DNA from: an uncultured Chloroflexia bacterium
GTDB taxonomy: Bacteria > Chloroflexota > Anaerolineae > CG2-30-64-16
Reading direction: 5' to 3'
Assembly (NCBI GenBank): GCA_963810095.1
Contig: CAWEMM010000007.1
Location: 352,001-416,000 of the forward strand
DNA: 64,000 bases
Shown here: in pieces, positions 21,647 through 33,933 of the stretch
How positions within the stretch are numbered: position 1 is the first letter of the stretch
Layout: the number at the start of each line of letters is the position of its first letter
Program-made: the position numbers and the translations under genes
Notes under the pieces: generated by a model
Told to the model about the DNA's origin: nothing
What the model saw: the letters and a program-made list of their open reading frames with translations, nothing else
Database searches by the model: none

Positions 21647-22579
21647 ATGGCTGTCACACCCGTCATTCCCGCCAAGGCCGCGGAGAAGAAAGCGCGTGCG
21701 CCGCGGGCGCGTAACAAGGCCTGGTGGGTTCCCTATGTGTTTCTCGCCTTGCCCGTAGCGATGTTCCTCATTTGGGTCATCGGCCCGATGATCTATTCCT
21801 TCTATCTCAGCCTGACCAATTGGGACGGCGTTTCTGCGCCGAAGATGATCGGCTTGCGGAATTACACGCGCCTGTTCAACGACCGGGTCTTCTGGATCTC
21901 GATCGCCAACAATGCAAAGTGGGTTGTCTCTTTCATCACCGTCCCCGTGGTCATGGGGCTGGGCCTGGCAATGGTGTTGAACCGGGACATCCCGGGGGCC
22001 AAGGGCATCAAATCCGCGTTCTACTCGCCCTACATCATTGCACCCGTCGTGATCGGCCTCATTTGGGGCTGGATGTATCAGCCCGCCACCGGGCTGTTCA
22101 ACAGCATCCTGCGCGGCATGGGCGTGCAGAACGTGCCCGGCTGGCTGGCCGACCCCCGGCTGGCCACGTGGTGCATCATCGTGGCGGCCATGTGGCGCCA
22201 GGTCGGTTACGTGATGACCCTGTACCTGGCTGGCCTGCAGGGCGTCGATCCATCGCTCATCGACGCTTCGATGGTGGACGGGGCCAACCCGTGGCAGACC
22301 TTCCGCAATGTCATCTGGCCGCTGTTGAGCCCGGTGACGGTCGTAGTGGTGGTCATCAGCATCATCGACTCACTGCGGTCGTTCGACATGGTCTTCGTGA
22401 TGACCCGCGGCGGCCCGGCCAATTCTTCGAGTGTTCTGGCCAACATGATGTACATCGAGGCCTTTAACAATTACAAGATGGGCTACGGCGCCGCCATTGC
22501 GGTCGTCCTTTTCCTCATCAGCGCCGGCTTCATCTTTGTCTACCTCTGGCAGACGCTGCGCACCGAGCTCGAGTATTAG
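21647..22579 (+). CDS. Sugar ABC transporter permease
   Basis: SLTNWDG..GLRNY, LYLAGLQGV..DASMVDGA EAA loop, TRGGP. Confidence 0.95.
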   Translation: MAVTPVIPAKAAEKKARAPRARNKAWWVPYVFLALPVAMFLIWVIGPMIYSFYLSLTNWDGVSAPKMIGLRNYTRLFNDRVFWISIANNAKWVVSFITVPVVMGLGLAMVLNRDIPGAKGIKSAFYSPYIIAPVVIGLIWGWMYQPATGLFNSILRGMGVQNVPGWLADPRLATWCIIVAAMWRQVGYVMTLYLAGLQGVDPSLIDASMVDGANPWQTFRNVIWPLLSPVTVVVVVISIIDSLRSFDMVFVMTRGGPANSSSVLANMMYIEAFNNYKMGYGAAIAVVLFLISAGFIFVYLWQTLRTELEY

Positions 22580-22587
22580 GAGGCCGT

Positions 22588-23448
22588 ATGACAACCGCAA
22601 CTGCTTCTCAGAGACGGGCCGGCTCGGGCTCGTGGCAGCGCATCGCACTGTACGTCGGAGTCTACGCGCTAACCCTGGCGTGGCTCGTGCCGGTTATCGC
22701 GGCGCTGATCACGTCGGTCCGCACGAACGACGACATCATGGCTCGGGGCTTCTGGTCCACCCCGAACGTACTCACCCTCAAGAACTTCGCGCTGGCCTGG
22801 ACACGCGGCGGGCTGTCGCGCTACCTGCCCAACAGTTTCATCATCACGCTGCCGTCGCTGGTCTTGACCCTGTTCTTGTCGTCCTTGGGCGCGTACGCGC
22901 TGGCCCGGTTCCGCTTCCGGTTTGACCGCATCGTCCTGTTCATCTTCGTGGCCGGCATGATGCTGCCGTTCCAGATTCTGCTGCTGCCCGTGTTCCGCCT
23001 GATGAATGTGATCGGCCTGTATAACACCTACTGGGCGCTGATCATCTTCCACTCCGCGTTTCAGCTGGGCTTCTGCACGTTCGTCCTACGCAACTACATG
23101 CGGACCATTCCGGGCGAAATCCTCGAAGCCGCCCGCATGGACGGCTGCAGCGAGTTCCGGGTCTACCGGCAGATCATGCTGCCGCTGACCCTGCCCGCGA
23201 TGGCCGCGCTGGCGACCCTGGAATTCACCTGGATCTTCAACGACTTCCTTTGGGCGTTGATCCTCATCCAGGACGACAAGCTCAAGCCGGTGACGACGGG
23301 CCTCGCCGCTCTGCGCGGGCAGTACGTGATGGACTGGACGGTGATTGTGGCAGGCTCGCTGATCGCCACGGTCCCGACGATCCTGGTGTTCTTGTTCCTG
23401 CAGCGCTACTTCATCGCCGGCCTGACGCTGGGCGCGACGAAGGGCTAG
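22588..23448 (+). CDS. Sugar ABC transporter permease
   Basis: AYALARFRF, IPGEILEAARMDG, QRYFIAGLTLGATKG. Confidence 0.95.
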   Translation: MTTATASQRRAGSGSWQRIALYVGVYALTLAWLVPVIAALITSVRTNDDIMARGFWSTPNVLTLKNFALAWTRGGLSRYLPNSFIITLPSLVLTLFLSSLGAYALARFRFRFDRIVLFIFVAGMMLPFQILLLPVFRLMNVIGLYNTYWALIIFHSAFQLGFCTFVLRNYMRTIPGEILEAARMDGCSEFRVYRQIMLPLTLPAMAALATLEFTWIFNDFLWALILIQDDKLKPVTTGLAALRGQYVMDWTVIVAGSLIATVPTILVFLFLQRYFIAGLTLGATKG

Positions 23449-23466
23449 ACCGATCGCAATATCCAA

Positions 23467-23536
23467 TTGCGCATTTAGGGCGAGAGTCAGCTCGCCTGTG
23501 TGTCCGGGCGAGCTAGAGCTAGCCCTACATGCGCAA
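23467..23536. repeat. REP-like (GTAG-type) inverted pair
   Basis: TAGGGCGAGAGTCAGCTCGCC plus an inverted GGGCGAGCTAGAGCTAGCCCTAC inside TTGCGCAT..ATGCGCAA; shares its core with 31959-31984. Confidence 0.65.
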
Positions 23537-23596
23537 GACCTTGGCACAACCGCCACACACTGAGAGACAACAAACGTTACGGATGGGGTGAAGCCT

Positions 23597-25121
23597 ATGA
23601 AGATGGAAAACGGCCGGTACGTTATTTTCGACAACACGTTGAGCAAGGCGGACTCGAACAAGGCCACTGCCTGGCAGGACATGTTCGTCAAGAAGTTCAG
23701 TTATAACAAGAACGAGAAGTACGAGCTGACCGTCAAGGACAACCCGTATCTCGGCTCCGAGTTCGGCCTGCGGGACATCCTGCGCGGGAATGACGGCGGG
23801 CAGATCGACGCCAAAAACGGCGTGATCATCAGCACGATCCGCATGGGGTTCGGACACTACCGCATCGCGATGGCCGGCGCGTCGGCCGCCTGCGCCATGG
23901 GCTTCACCCCCTATTGGCTTGACCTCCTCGCCATCCCGGGCATCACGACCGACGTCATCAACTGGTGCAACTCGTGGTACAGCCGCTGGTCGCGCGATCT
24001 CGCAGCGCAGCGAGCTCTTCAACAAATACGTCTGGGAATCGGTCACGACCGGCGAGTCCACGTTGCCTGGGCTGAACTGGTTCCTGAATCAATGGACCGT
24101 CGGCTGGCCGTGGCGGTTCCTGAAGACGAACGTCAAAGACTACAAGATGAGCGAGCTGTTCGGCAACCTGTACGGGGCGCTCCCCAAGGAGATGCCCGTG
24201 CTGACCTCGCACATGTGGAACTGCATGGGCGCCGTGGCGGGCGGTATGACCAACGTGGTCGACATGATGTTCGACAACTGGCCCATGGCGTTCCAGCTCA
24301 CCGAGGGCGCGAAGCACGGGGTTCAGTCGCCTTCGGGCTACTACGGTTTCCGGGCCATGCGCGGCTTCGACCCGAAGGGCGCGATCCTCAAGGGCACCCC
24401 GCCCGAGGCGATCTATTACACGGGGCACCACGTCGACCACGAGCTCGTGGAGAACATCGAGGTCGACTGCGCGGACCGGATTGCGCGGATGCGCAACGGC
24501 GAGCCCCGGCGTTTCCTGGTGACCATGGGCGGCGCGGGCGCGGAGCGCGAGCTGTTCAAGGCGATCATCGAGCACTGCGTGCCACTGGTGCAGGCAGGCA
24601 AGATTGCGCTGTTCGTCAACCTGGGCGACCACAAGGACAACTGGGAATGGCTGAAGGGTGAGCTCGTGGGGCACCAGGACCTGATCCAGACCCACTTCAC
24701 CTGGGCCGACACCCGGGCGCTGGCCGACGGCATCCGCCACGGGCCGGCCGAGGGCATCCACGTCTTCTTGCACGACAACACGTTCCACGCGGTCTACGCG
24801 ACGAACTACCTGATGCGGGTTATCGACGTGATGATTACCAAGCCAAGCGAGCTCGCTTTCTACCCCGTGCCCAAGATTTTCAACGCCCGGGTGGGCGGGC
24901 ACGAGATGTGGGGGGCCATTCGCGGGGCTGAGCTTGGTGACGGCACGGTGGAGACCCGCTCGGTCCCCCAGACCCTGCAGGCCATCAACCTGCTGACCGA
25001 GGGCACGGACCTGCTCGAGATGTATTGCAACTGCATCGTCAAGAACAAGAGCATCGGCATCTACGACGGCGCATATAAGTGCGTCGAGCTGGCGACCGGC
25101 CGGAAATTCGTACGGCAGTAG
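23597..25121 (+). CDS. Uncharacterised GT-B-like protein (MGDG-synthase/GT28-like motifs), frameshift near 23995
   Basis: STIRMGFGHYR, VTMGGAGA and DVMITKPSEL motifs across ORFs 23588 and 23919. Confidence 0.65.
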
Positions 25122-25196
25122 CGAGGGGCTCTGCGGTGTGGGGCGCTTGGTTGCTCGATCACCAGGCGCCGCACACCGCAGCGGTCGGGGTGCTCC

Positions 25197-26380
25197 ATGA
25201 ACATCGGCATCTTCTCCGACTGCTATCTCCCCACCCGGAACGGCGTCTCGACTGTCGTCGCCCAGGCGCGGGCGGAGTTGGTGCGCCGGGGCCACCGGGT
25301 CAGCCTGTACACGGTCGCCGCACCGGGCGACGCCGGTGGCCGTGACCCGCTAGGGGCCATCCATCGTCTGCCTTCACTTCCGTTCAACCCCCGCATCCAG
25401 CTTCGCCTTGGGCTGGTCCCCCCGCGGCAGATCGACGCCTGGGTGGCGGCCGAGCAGCTAGACATAATACACACGCATACCGAGTTCACGCTGGGCCGCG
25501 GCAGGGCAGGCCGCTGCCGGAGCTCTCGACCTGCCCACAGTCCACACCCTGCACACCTTTTACCCTGCCTACCGGCACTATGCGCCTCTCGGCCGCCTGC
25601 TGCCGTTGCGGATCGTAGACTCCCTCGTCGGGCGCTTCCTTGCCCGTTGCGACATGGTGGCCTGCCCGTCGGAGAAGGGGCGGGCGTACGTGGCGTGCTG
25701 CGCTCCCGGCGTCCCCGCGGTCATCATCCCCAACGGCATCGCGCCCGGCCGTTTCGCACCCGCGGGCGCGCACGGTGAGGCCCGCCGGACCGGGCGGGCC
25801 GCGCTCGGGATCGCCGACGCCGCGCCGACCGTGCTCTTTGCCGGCCGGCTGGCGCCCGAGAAGCGCGTCGTCGAGCTGCTGCACGCCGTGCACCCGCTCC
25901 TGGCTGCAGACCCCGCTGCCCGGGCGGTGTTCGCCGGTGCAGGCCCCCAGGCCGCTTTGCTGCAGAAGCTGGCGGGGCGGGCGGGCGTGGGCCGCCAGGT
26001 CGTCCTGACCGGGGGCGTGCCGTGGCAGGACATGCCGGGCATCTATACGCTGGCCGACGTCTTCGCCACGGCGTCGCTCAGCGAAATCCATCCCATGACG
26101 CTGATCGAAGCGGTTTCGTCCGGGCTGCCCGCGGTCGCGCGGCGTGATCCGGGCATAGACGAGCCTGATACTTGACGGCTTCAACGGCTTCCTTGTAGAC
26201 TCGGACGCTGAACTCACCGCCGGGCTCGCCGCACTCCTGTACAATGAAGGCGTCCGCCAGCGATTCGGGCAGCACGCGGCCGGCGTAGCCGCCCAGTTGA
26301 GCATTGGCGCGCACGTCGACTGCCTGGAGGCGCTGTACCGGCAGACCATCGAAACCCACTCACGAAAGGCAACCCGATGA
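25197..26380 (+). CDS. GT4-family glycosyltransferase (diacylglycerol glucosyltransferase-like), frameshifted
   Basis: [52 protein letters not shown]. Confidence 0.9.
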
Positions 26381-28360
26381 AGCTTGGCGTCTGCTACTAT
26401 CCCGAACACTGGCCCCAGGAGCGCTGGGGCACCGATGCCCGCCTGATGCGCGAGGCGGGCATCGAGATTGTCCGCATCGGGGAATTTGCCTGGGCGCAGA
26501 TGGAGCCCGAGGACGGCCGGTTCGACTGGGGCTGGCTCGACCACGCCGTCCAGACGCTCGCGGACGAAGGGCTACAGATCGTCATGGGCACCCCCACGGC
26601 TGCGCCGCCCGTGTGGATGGTGCAAGCCTATCCCGACGTCCTCCCCGTGGACGCGGCAAGGCCGCACGCTGGGATTCGGCTCGCGGCGCCACGCCTGCGC
26701 CAACAGCCCGTCGTACCGGCGTCTCACGGAGCGCATCGTGACGGCGCTGGCCGAGCGCTATGGGCGCCACCCGGCGGTCACCGGGTGGCAGATCGACAAC
26801 GAGTTCGGGTGTCACAACACGACCCGCTGCTACTGCGACCGGTGCGCCGCGGCGTTCCGGCAGTGGCTCCAGGCGCGCTACGGCGATCTGCAGGCGTTCA
26901 ACGCGGCCTGGGGCAACGCGTTCTGGTCGCAGTGGTACAGCGACTGGGGGCAGATTGGACTGCCGATGCTGACCCCGGCCCAGCTCAACCCCAGCCACGT
27001 GCTTGACTTCTACCGCTTCTCGTCCGACTCGTGGGTTGCTTACGAAGATCTCCAGGCGCGGCTGCTGCGTGAGCACGGCGACCCGGCGAAGTTCGTGACA
27101 CACAACTTCATGGGCAATTCGCATGACCTGGACTACCACGATCTGGGGCGGCCCCTCGACTTCGTGACATGGGACTCCTATCCGACCGGCTACCTGGAAC
27201 AGGAGTCGGCGTCGCTCTACCTGCCCGAGGAACCTCGCTCGGCCTACGCACACGACGTGGGCGACCCTTATGTGACCGACTTCTGCCACGCCATCACCCG
27301 CGGCATCAAGCAGGCGCCATTTTGGGTGATGGAGCAGCAGCCGGGCGGCATCAACTGGGCGAGTTACAATCCGGGCGTGCTTCCCGGCGCCGTGCGCCTG
27401 TGGACGTGGCACGCGCTGGCGGCGGGTGCCGACGCAGTGGTCTACTTCCGCTGGCGCGCCTGCCGCTTCGGCTTCGAGCAGATGCACACGGGTCTCCGCA
27501 AGCATGACGGCAGCGCGGATACCGGATACCTGGACGTCGTCGAGATGGCGGCCGAGCGTGAGCTGATGGACCAGGTGGGCCGGGCCGAGCTGGCCGGCGA
27601 AGTGGCGATCCTCTCGAGCTACGAGGATCTGTGGGCGCTTCAACTCCAGCCGCATCGCAAGGGCTTCTCCTACCAGCGCGCACAGTTCGTGCTCTATCGT
27701 GCCTGTCAGCGCCTCGGCATCCCCTGCGAAGTGGTGTCGCCCGACGCGGACCTCACCCGCTTCAAGCTGGTGCTTGCGCCTGCGCTCCACCTCGTGGGCC
27801 CTGAGATCGTGACGAAGCTGCGTGCTTACGCCAGTGCGGGGGGCCATGTGGTCCTCGGGGTCCGCTCGGGCTTCAAGACCGCAAGCGACGTGGTGACGGA
27901 CCTGCCGCTGCCCGGCCTGCTCCGTGACCTGGTCGCCGCCGACGTGACGGCATGGCATGCCCTGCTGCCGGGAACCGCCTACGGTCTCACGTTTGGAGAT
28001 GAGAGATTCGACGCGGGTGTATGGGCGGAATCGGTGGCTCCGTGGCCGGCCACGGAGACACTCGCCGCCTGGCGCGGGACGCCGTTCGCCGGCGAGGCCG
28101 CGTTCACGCGCGCCGCCGTGGGGCAGGGGACCGCGTCGTATTGGGCCTGGCAGCCCACCCTGGAGCAGGCGCTCCGCGTGATTTCGCGTCTTGCAGACGA
28201 TGCCGGCGTCGCGCGCCTGGTCGCACCGCTTCCGGACGGCGTGCTGCGAGTCCCGCGTGGCCGGCACGTCGTGTGGTTGAACTTTACAGACCATGCGGAG
28301 ACGGTGGAGGCTGGTGAGGAGTTTGTGATCATTCCGCCGCGAGACGTCGTGATCGGATAG
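26377..28360 (+). CDS. Beta-galactosidase, GH42 (frameshift near 26655)
   Basis: [53 protein letters not shown]. Confidence 0.95.
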
Positions 28361-28376
28361 TCGCGCCGGCCCCCGG

Positions 28377-28412
28377 AAAAAGAGAGGCGCCAGCTTCGCT
28401 GACGCCTCTCTT
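28377..28412 (-). terminator. Intrinsic terminator between the convergent GH42 and ybaK genes
   Basis: AAGAGAGGCG(C/T)CAGC-TTC-GCTG(A/G)CGCCTCTCTT hairpin, T-tract on the minus strand. Confidence 0.7.
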
Positions 28413-28471
28413 CATGCCACTGATCCAAATAGACAGTCACCCCGCGTTGTCCAGCAGCGCGGGGTGAGGGC

Positions 28472-28946
28472 CTAACTCGTCAGGTCCGCCAGCGCGGCCC
28501 CCAGCAGCGCGACGACGGGTTGCACGGGGACGAGCACGCCGACGCCCACTTTGCCCGCGCTGATCTCGATACGGTCGAACAGGATAGCCGTCTCGTCGAT
28601 CAGCACGGGCCAGCGCTTGTCCATCAGCGCCAGCGGCGAGATACCGCCCTTCTCCAGCCCCGTCAGACGCTCGGCCTCGCGCTCGGGGCGCCATCTGGAC
28701 CTTCTTCTCGCCGCTCGCCTGCGCCAGTTTCTTGAGATCGAGCTGGCTGTCGCCCGGCACCAGCGCCAGGATCGGGCGGCTGCCGGCTCGCTCGGGCAGG
28801 GCGACGAGCGTCTTGAAGGTCTGCTCGGGCGCCAGGCCGAGCACGGCGGCCACCTCGGCTGCCGAAAGATGCTCGACTACCTCATAGTACTTCGGCTCGT
28901 ACTCGATGCCGTGCGCCTCGAGCACGCGCATCGCCAGCGTCTTCAC
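28472..28946 (-). CDS. ybaK: YbaK/EbsC aminoacyl-tRNA deacylase (frameshift near 28690)
   Basis: KTLAMRVLEAHGI, TFKTLV, LDLKKLA, AERLTGL..GGISPL, ISAG..G. Confidence 0.88.
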
Positions 28947-30247
28947 TACCCCTGCTTCATGATGAGGGGCAGGTAAGTTTTGCGGAGCGGCGCGGGAGCC
29001 GCGCTCAGTGAGACCCACACATTGCCCGACGGCGCGGCAAAGGCGAGCAGGTCGGACGAACGATCGCCGTTGAAGTCTCCGCTGCTACAAATCTCGGTGT
29101 TTGCAGTGCAGAAGCCCGTCGCGTAAAGCTGCGAGTTGGCGAACCTCGTGCGCTCGGACAGCGCGACATAGACATAACCTGGCTTGTTGGCGTAGAGGTT
29201 TCGCGTAAATGCGATCACGTCGTCATTGAAATCCCCGTTGAAATCGCCCACGCCACACACCTCGGAACCGACGCAGAACACCGGCGCGGGCGAGGGATTC
29301 CAGAGGGAAGCCGGGTTCAGCGCCGATCCGTTCGAACTCGCCACCCACACGCGGCCGGCTGAGCGTACAAACGTGACGACGTCATCCTTGCCGTCACCGT
29401 TGAAGTCTCCCGTCATGCAGACCTCGCCCGCGTAACAGAAGTCGAAGGAGGGATTCCAGATCGCGGGTGTCCCGAAGTTGAGGGTCCCCTGCTTGACCTG
29501 CGACAGGGCAATCCATACCTTGGCCTGGCCGCCCACCGTGCCGCCGTGGAAGGCCACGATGTCGTCGAATCCGTCGCCGTTGAAGTCGCCGGTATCACAA
29601 GTCTCGTTGATGCTGGCGGACGAGACGCAGAAGCCGTTGCGCCAGATGGCGCTGGGGCCAAAGCCGCCGCCCGCCTGGGCCAATGCCACCCAGACGTTGC
29701 CGGTAGAGCCGCGCACGAAGGAGACGATATCGTCCCGCCGGTCGCCGTTCACATCCGCAACCCGGCATTCCTCGGAGCCAACGCAGAAGTTGGTGGTCCA
29801 GCGCACCAGCGGCCCGAAGGCATTCGTGCCGTTCGAGAGCGCGACATAGACGCTGCCGGCATCGCTTGGCACGAAGCTGCGGATGAAGCGGATGACGTCG
29901 TACTTGCCGTCCCCGTTGAAATCTCCGGTGAGACAGCGGTCGCCGTTCGCCGTGCCGCTATTGGCGACGCAGAAGCCAGTCAGCCAGATCGCGGCGTCGG
30001 GCGCCGAAGCCATGGGCCCGGTGGGGACATGGCTGCCGTCGAGCGGGGCAGCGACGACCGAGGGACCGTACACCTCGGGCGTCACGCCGGGCGAGGACAC
30101 GTCGGCGCCGGGCGTTCCGTTGGTCGCCGGCGTCTGCGCCAGCGCGGTTGCAGGTACGATAAGCAGGCTCAGGATCGTAAGCAGAGCTAAGAGGCGACCA
30201 ATCCGGCGCGACGCCTGGGTCTGCGATCGGGTGGTTTTCGAGTTCAC
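28946..30247 (-). CDS. Secreted FG-GAP/VCBS-repeat beta-propeller protein with C-terminal YLPLI motif
   Basis: Signal peptide; six repeats of FC...C..GDFNGDG.DD...F....VWVALS; ends RKTYLPLIMKQG. Confidence 0.88.
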   Translation of the reverse strand: MNSKTTRSQTQASRRIGRLLALLTILSLLIVPATALAQTPATNGTPGADVSSPGVTPEVYGPSVVAAPLDGSHVPTGPMASAPDAAIWLTGFCVANSGTANGDRCLTGDFNGDGKYDVIRFIRSFVPSDAGSVYVALSNGTNAFGPLVRWTTNFCVGSEECRVADVNGDRRDDIVSFVRGSTGNVWVALAQAGGGFGPSAIWRNGFCVSSASINETCDTGDFNGDGFDDIVAFHGGTVGGQAKVWIALSQVKQGTLNFGTPAIWNPSFDFCYAGEVCMTGDFNGDGKDDVVTFVRSAGRVWVASSNGSALNPASLWNPSPAPVFCVGSEVCGVGDFNGDFNDDVIAFTRNLYANKPGYVYVALSERTRFANSQLYATGFCTANTEICSSGDFNGDRSSDLLAFAAPSGNVWVSLSAAPAPLRKTYLPLIMKQG

Positions 30248-30486
30248 GGCGTGCTCTCCTTTGATTTGGATTTGCTGCATGTTACCTCAGGTGCAGGCAC
30301 TGGGCAAGGCTTGAATCAGGGTTCCGGCGCTGTGGGTGGCCGGCGATGCTCTCCGCTGCCCGTCGTCCCGGCAGTGGGTGCTGCTTCACCGACACGGGCG
30401 GACGCGCACCTTATGGTTGTTAACGTATGACGCCGAGTCTGGCTATCGGTTCCGGTAAGCTGTCTTGAAATGATACGGAGTTGTGG

Positions 30487-31918
<1,432 letters not shown>

Positions 31919-31958
31919 GCCCATCTCTCAACCAATCGCAGAGGTGGAAATGCCGCTT

Positions 31959-31984
31959 GTAGGGCGAGCGTCAGCTCGCCCTAC
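31959..31984. repeat. REP-like GTAG palindrome
   Basis: GTAGGGCGAGC-GTCA-GCTCGCCCTAC perfect hairpin, nested in a looser inverted repeat at 31922-32016. Confidence 0.65.
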
Positions 31985-32083
31985 AGCGCAAGCTCATTTT
32001 GCGACTGGTTGCGATGACGCAGCCTTTCTGGCCGAAACCCGCCTTCTCTTCTAGAATGTCGCGAGAGACCCAAGGAGGCTCGC

Positions 32084-33763
32084 ATGGACTATCCGAAGTT
32101 TGATCCGTTTGATTGGGAGAGCGTCCGGCCGCATGTCGACGCGCTGCTCGCTGGCGACCTCACGCCCGATTCCGTGCCGGCGTGGCTGGCGCAGTGGAGC
32201 GGCATCGAGAGCGTAATGTACGAGGCTCAGGCCCAGGTGTACCGCGATACGATGGAAGACACGACGAACGCGGACGCGGACCGCCGCTTCAAGATCCTGG
32301 TCGACGACATCGTGCCCAAGATGCGGGTTGCGCAGCAGGCGCTGCGCGGCAAACTGCTCGCCGTGCCGGGCTATGTGCCCCAGGCGGACCATGCGCTGCT
32401 GGTGCGGCGCTTTCGGGCGCAGGCCGCCATCTTTAGCCCGGAGAATGTCCCGCTGCTGAGCGAGCTCATGACCCTGGAGAACGAGTTCGAGAAGCTGATG
32501 GGCGGGCTGATGGTGGACCTGGACGGCGAGAAGAAGACGGTGCCCCAGGCCACCGCGCAGCTGTCCATGAACCCCGACCGGGCCGCACGCGAGCGCGCCT
32601 GGCGGGCCGTGCAGGCCGCGTACCTGGAACAGCGCCAGGCGCTCAACGAGCTCTATCTCCGGATGCTGAAGCTGCGGCGGCAGGTGGCGAGGAACGCCGG
32701 CTTGCCTGACTTCCGGGCGTACAAATGGCAGGAGCTCTCCCGCTTCGACTACACGCCCGAAGATTGCTTCACCTACCACGACGCCATCGAACACGCCGTG
32801 GTGCCCTTGGCGTCGCGGATCTATGCCGAGCGCGCCGCCGCGCTTGGACAACGCTCGATGCGTCCCTGGGACACCAAGTTCGACCCGCACGGCGAGCCGC
32901 TGCGCCCGTTCGAGAACGTGGCAGAGCTCGAGGAGGGTTGTCAGCGGATCTTCGACAGCCTGGACCCAGCGCTTGGCGCCGACTTTCGTGTGATGCGCGA
33001 CGGCTTCCTCGACCTGGCGTCACGGCCGAACAAGGGCGGCGGGGGCTTCTGCGACATGTTCCCCGTGTCGGGCAAGCCCTACATCTTTATGAATGCGGTG
33101 GGGTCGGACGACGACGTTCATACGCTGCTGCACGAGGGGGGCCACTCGTTTCACTTCATGGCTTCGCGGAACGAACTGCACTGGAACCAGAACGGGCCGA
33201 TGGAGTTCTGCGAGGTTGCATCTATGGGCATGGAACTGCTGGCCGCGCCGTTCCTCACCAAAGAGCGGGGCGGCTTCTATACAGCAGCCGAAGCCCGCCG
33301 GGCGCTGGCCCACGGGCTGGAAGAGACGGTCACCTTCCTCCCCTACATGGCCGTGGTCGATGCCTTCCAGCACTGGGTGTATGTGGATGCGCCCGAGGAC
33401 GTAACCGCCGCGGACATGGACGCCAAGTGGAGCGAGTTGTGGGACCGCTTCATGCCGGGCGTCGACTACAGCGGGCTGGAAACCGAGAAGGAAACCGGGT
33501 GGCACCACAAGCTGCACATCTTCAGCGTGCCCTTCTACTATATCGAGTACGGCCTGGCCCAGCTTGGCGCGCTGCAGGTGTGGCAGAATGCCCTGCGCGA
33601 CCAGCCGAAAGCGCTGGCCGACTACCGCCGGGCGCTCAGCCTGGGCTACACACGCGATCTTGCCGACCTCTTTTCCGCCGCAAACACGAAGTTTGCGTTC
33701 GACCGGCAGACGGTCGGCGGGCTGATGTCCCTGATCGAGGAGCAGCGGTCGGCCGGCGCCTAA
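32084..33763 (+). CDS. M3-family oligoendopeptidase (PepF-like)
   Basis: LLHEGGHSFH zinc motif, EFCEVASMGME, PFYYIEY. Confidence 0.93.
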   Translation: MDYPKFDPFDWESVRPHVDALLAGDLTPDSVPAWLAQWSGIESVMYEAQAQVYRDTMEDTTNADADRRFKILVDDIVPKMRVAQQALRGKLLAVPGYVPQADHALLVRRFRAQAAIFSPENVPLLSELMTLENEFEKLMGGLMVDLDGEKKTVPQATAQLSMNPDRAARERAWRAVQAAYLEQRQALNELYLRMLKLRRQVARNAGLPDFRAYKWQELSRFDYTPEDCFTYHDAIEHAVVPLASRIYAERAAALGQRSMRPWDTKFDPHGEPLRPFENVAELEEGCQRIFDSLDPALGADFRVMRDGFLDLASRPNKGGGGFCDMFPVSGKPYIFMNAVGSDDDVHTLLHEGGHSFHFMASRNELHWNQNGPMEFCEVASMGMELLAAPFLTKERGGFYTAAEARRALAHGLEETVTFLPYMAVVDAFQHWVYVDAPEDVTAADMDAKWSELWDRFMPGVDYSGLETEKETGWHHKLHIFSVPFYYIEYGLAQLGALQVWQNALRDQPKALADYRRALSLGYTRDLADLFSAANTKFAFDRQTVGGLMSLIEEQRSAGA

Positions 33764-33772
33764 ACGGGTCTT

Positions 33773-33870
33773 AAATGGGACGCTGATGCAACTGATGGAA
33801 CTGATCTTCACGGTCCTTCGGGAATAAGATCGTGATAATCAGTCGGATCCGTTCAATCAGTGTCCCATTT
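33773..33870. repeat. ~98-bp palindromic dispersed element, copy 2
   Basis: AAATGGGAC(G)CTGAT..ATCAGTGTCCCATTT terminal inverted repeat; internal CTGAT/ATCAG units at 9-nt spacing; homologous to 15622-15711. Confidence 0.8.
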
Positions 33871-33933
33871 CGTCCCTCGTCGTCTGTCGCGCCGCGAGGA
33901 GCGGTCGCGATTCCAGTGACTTGGAGAGGCAGC

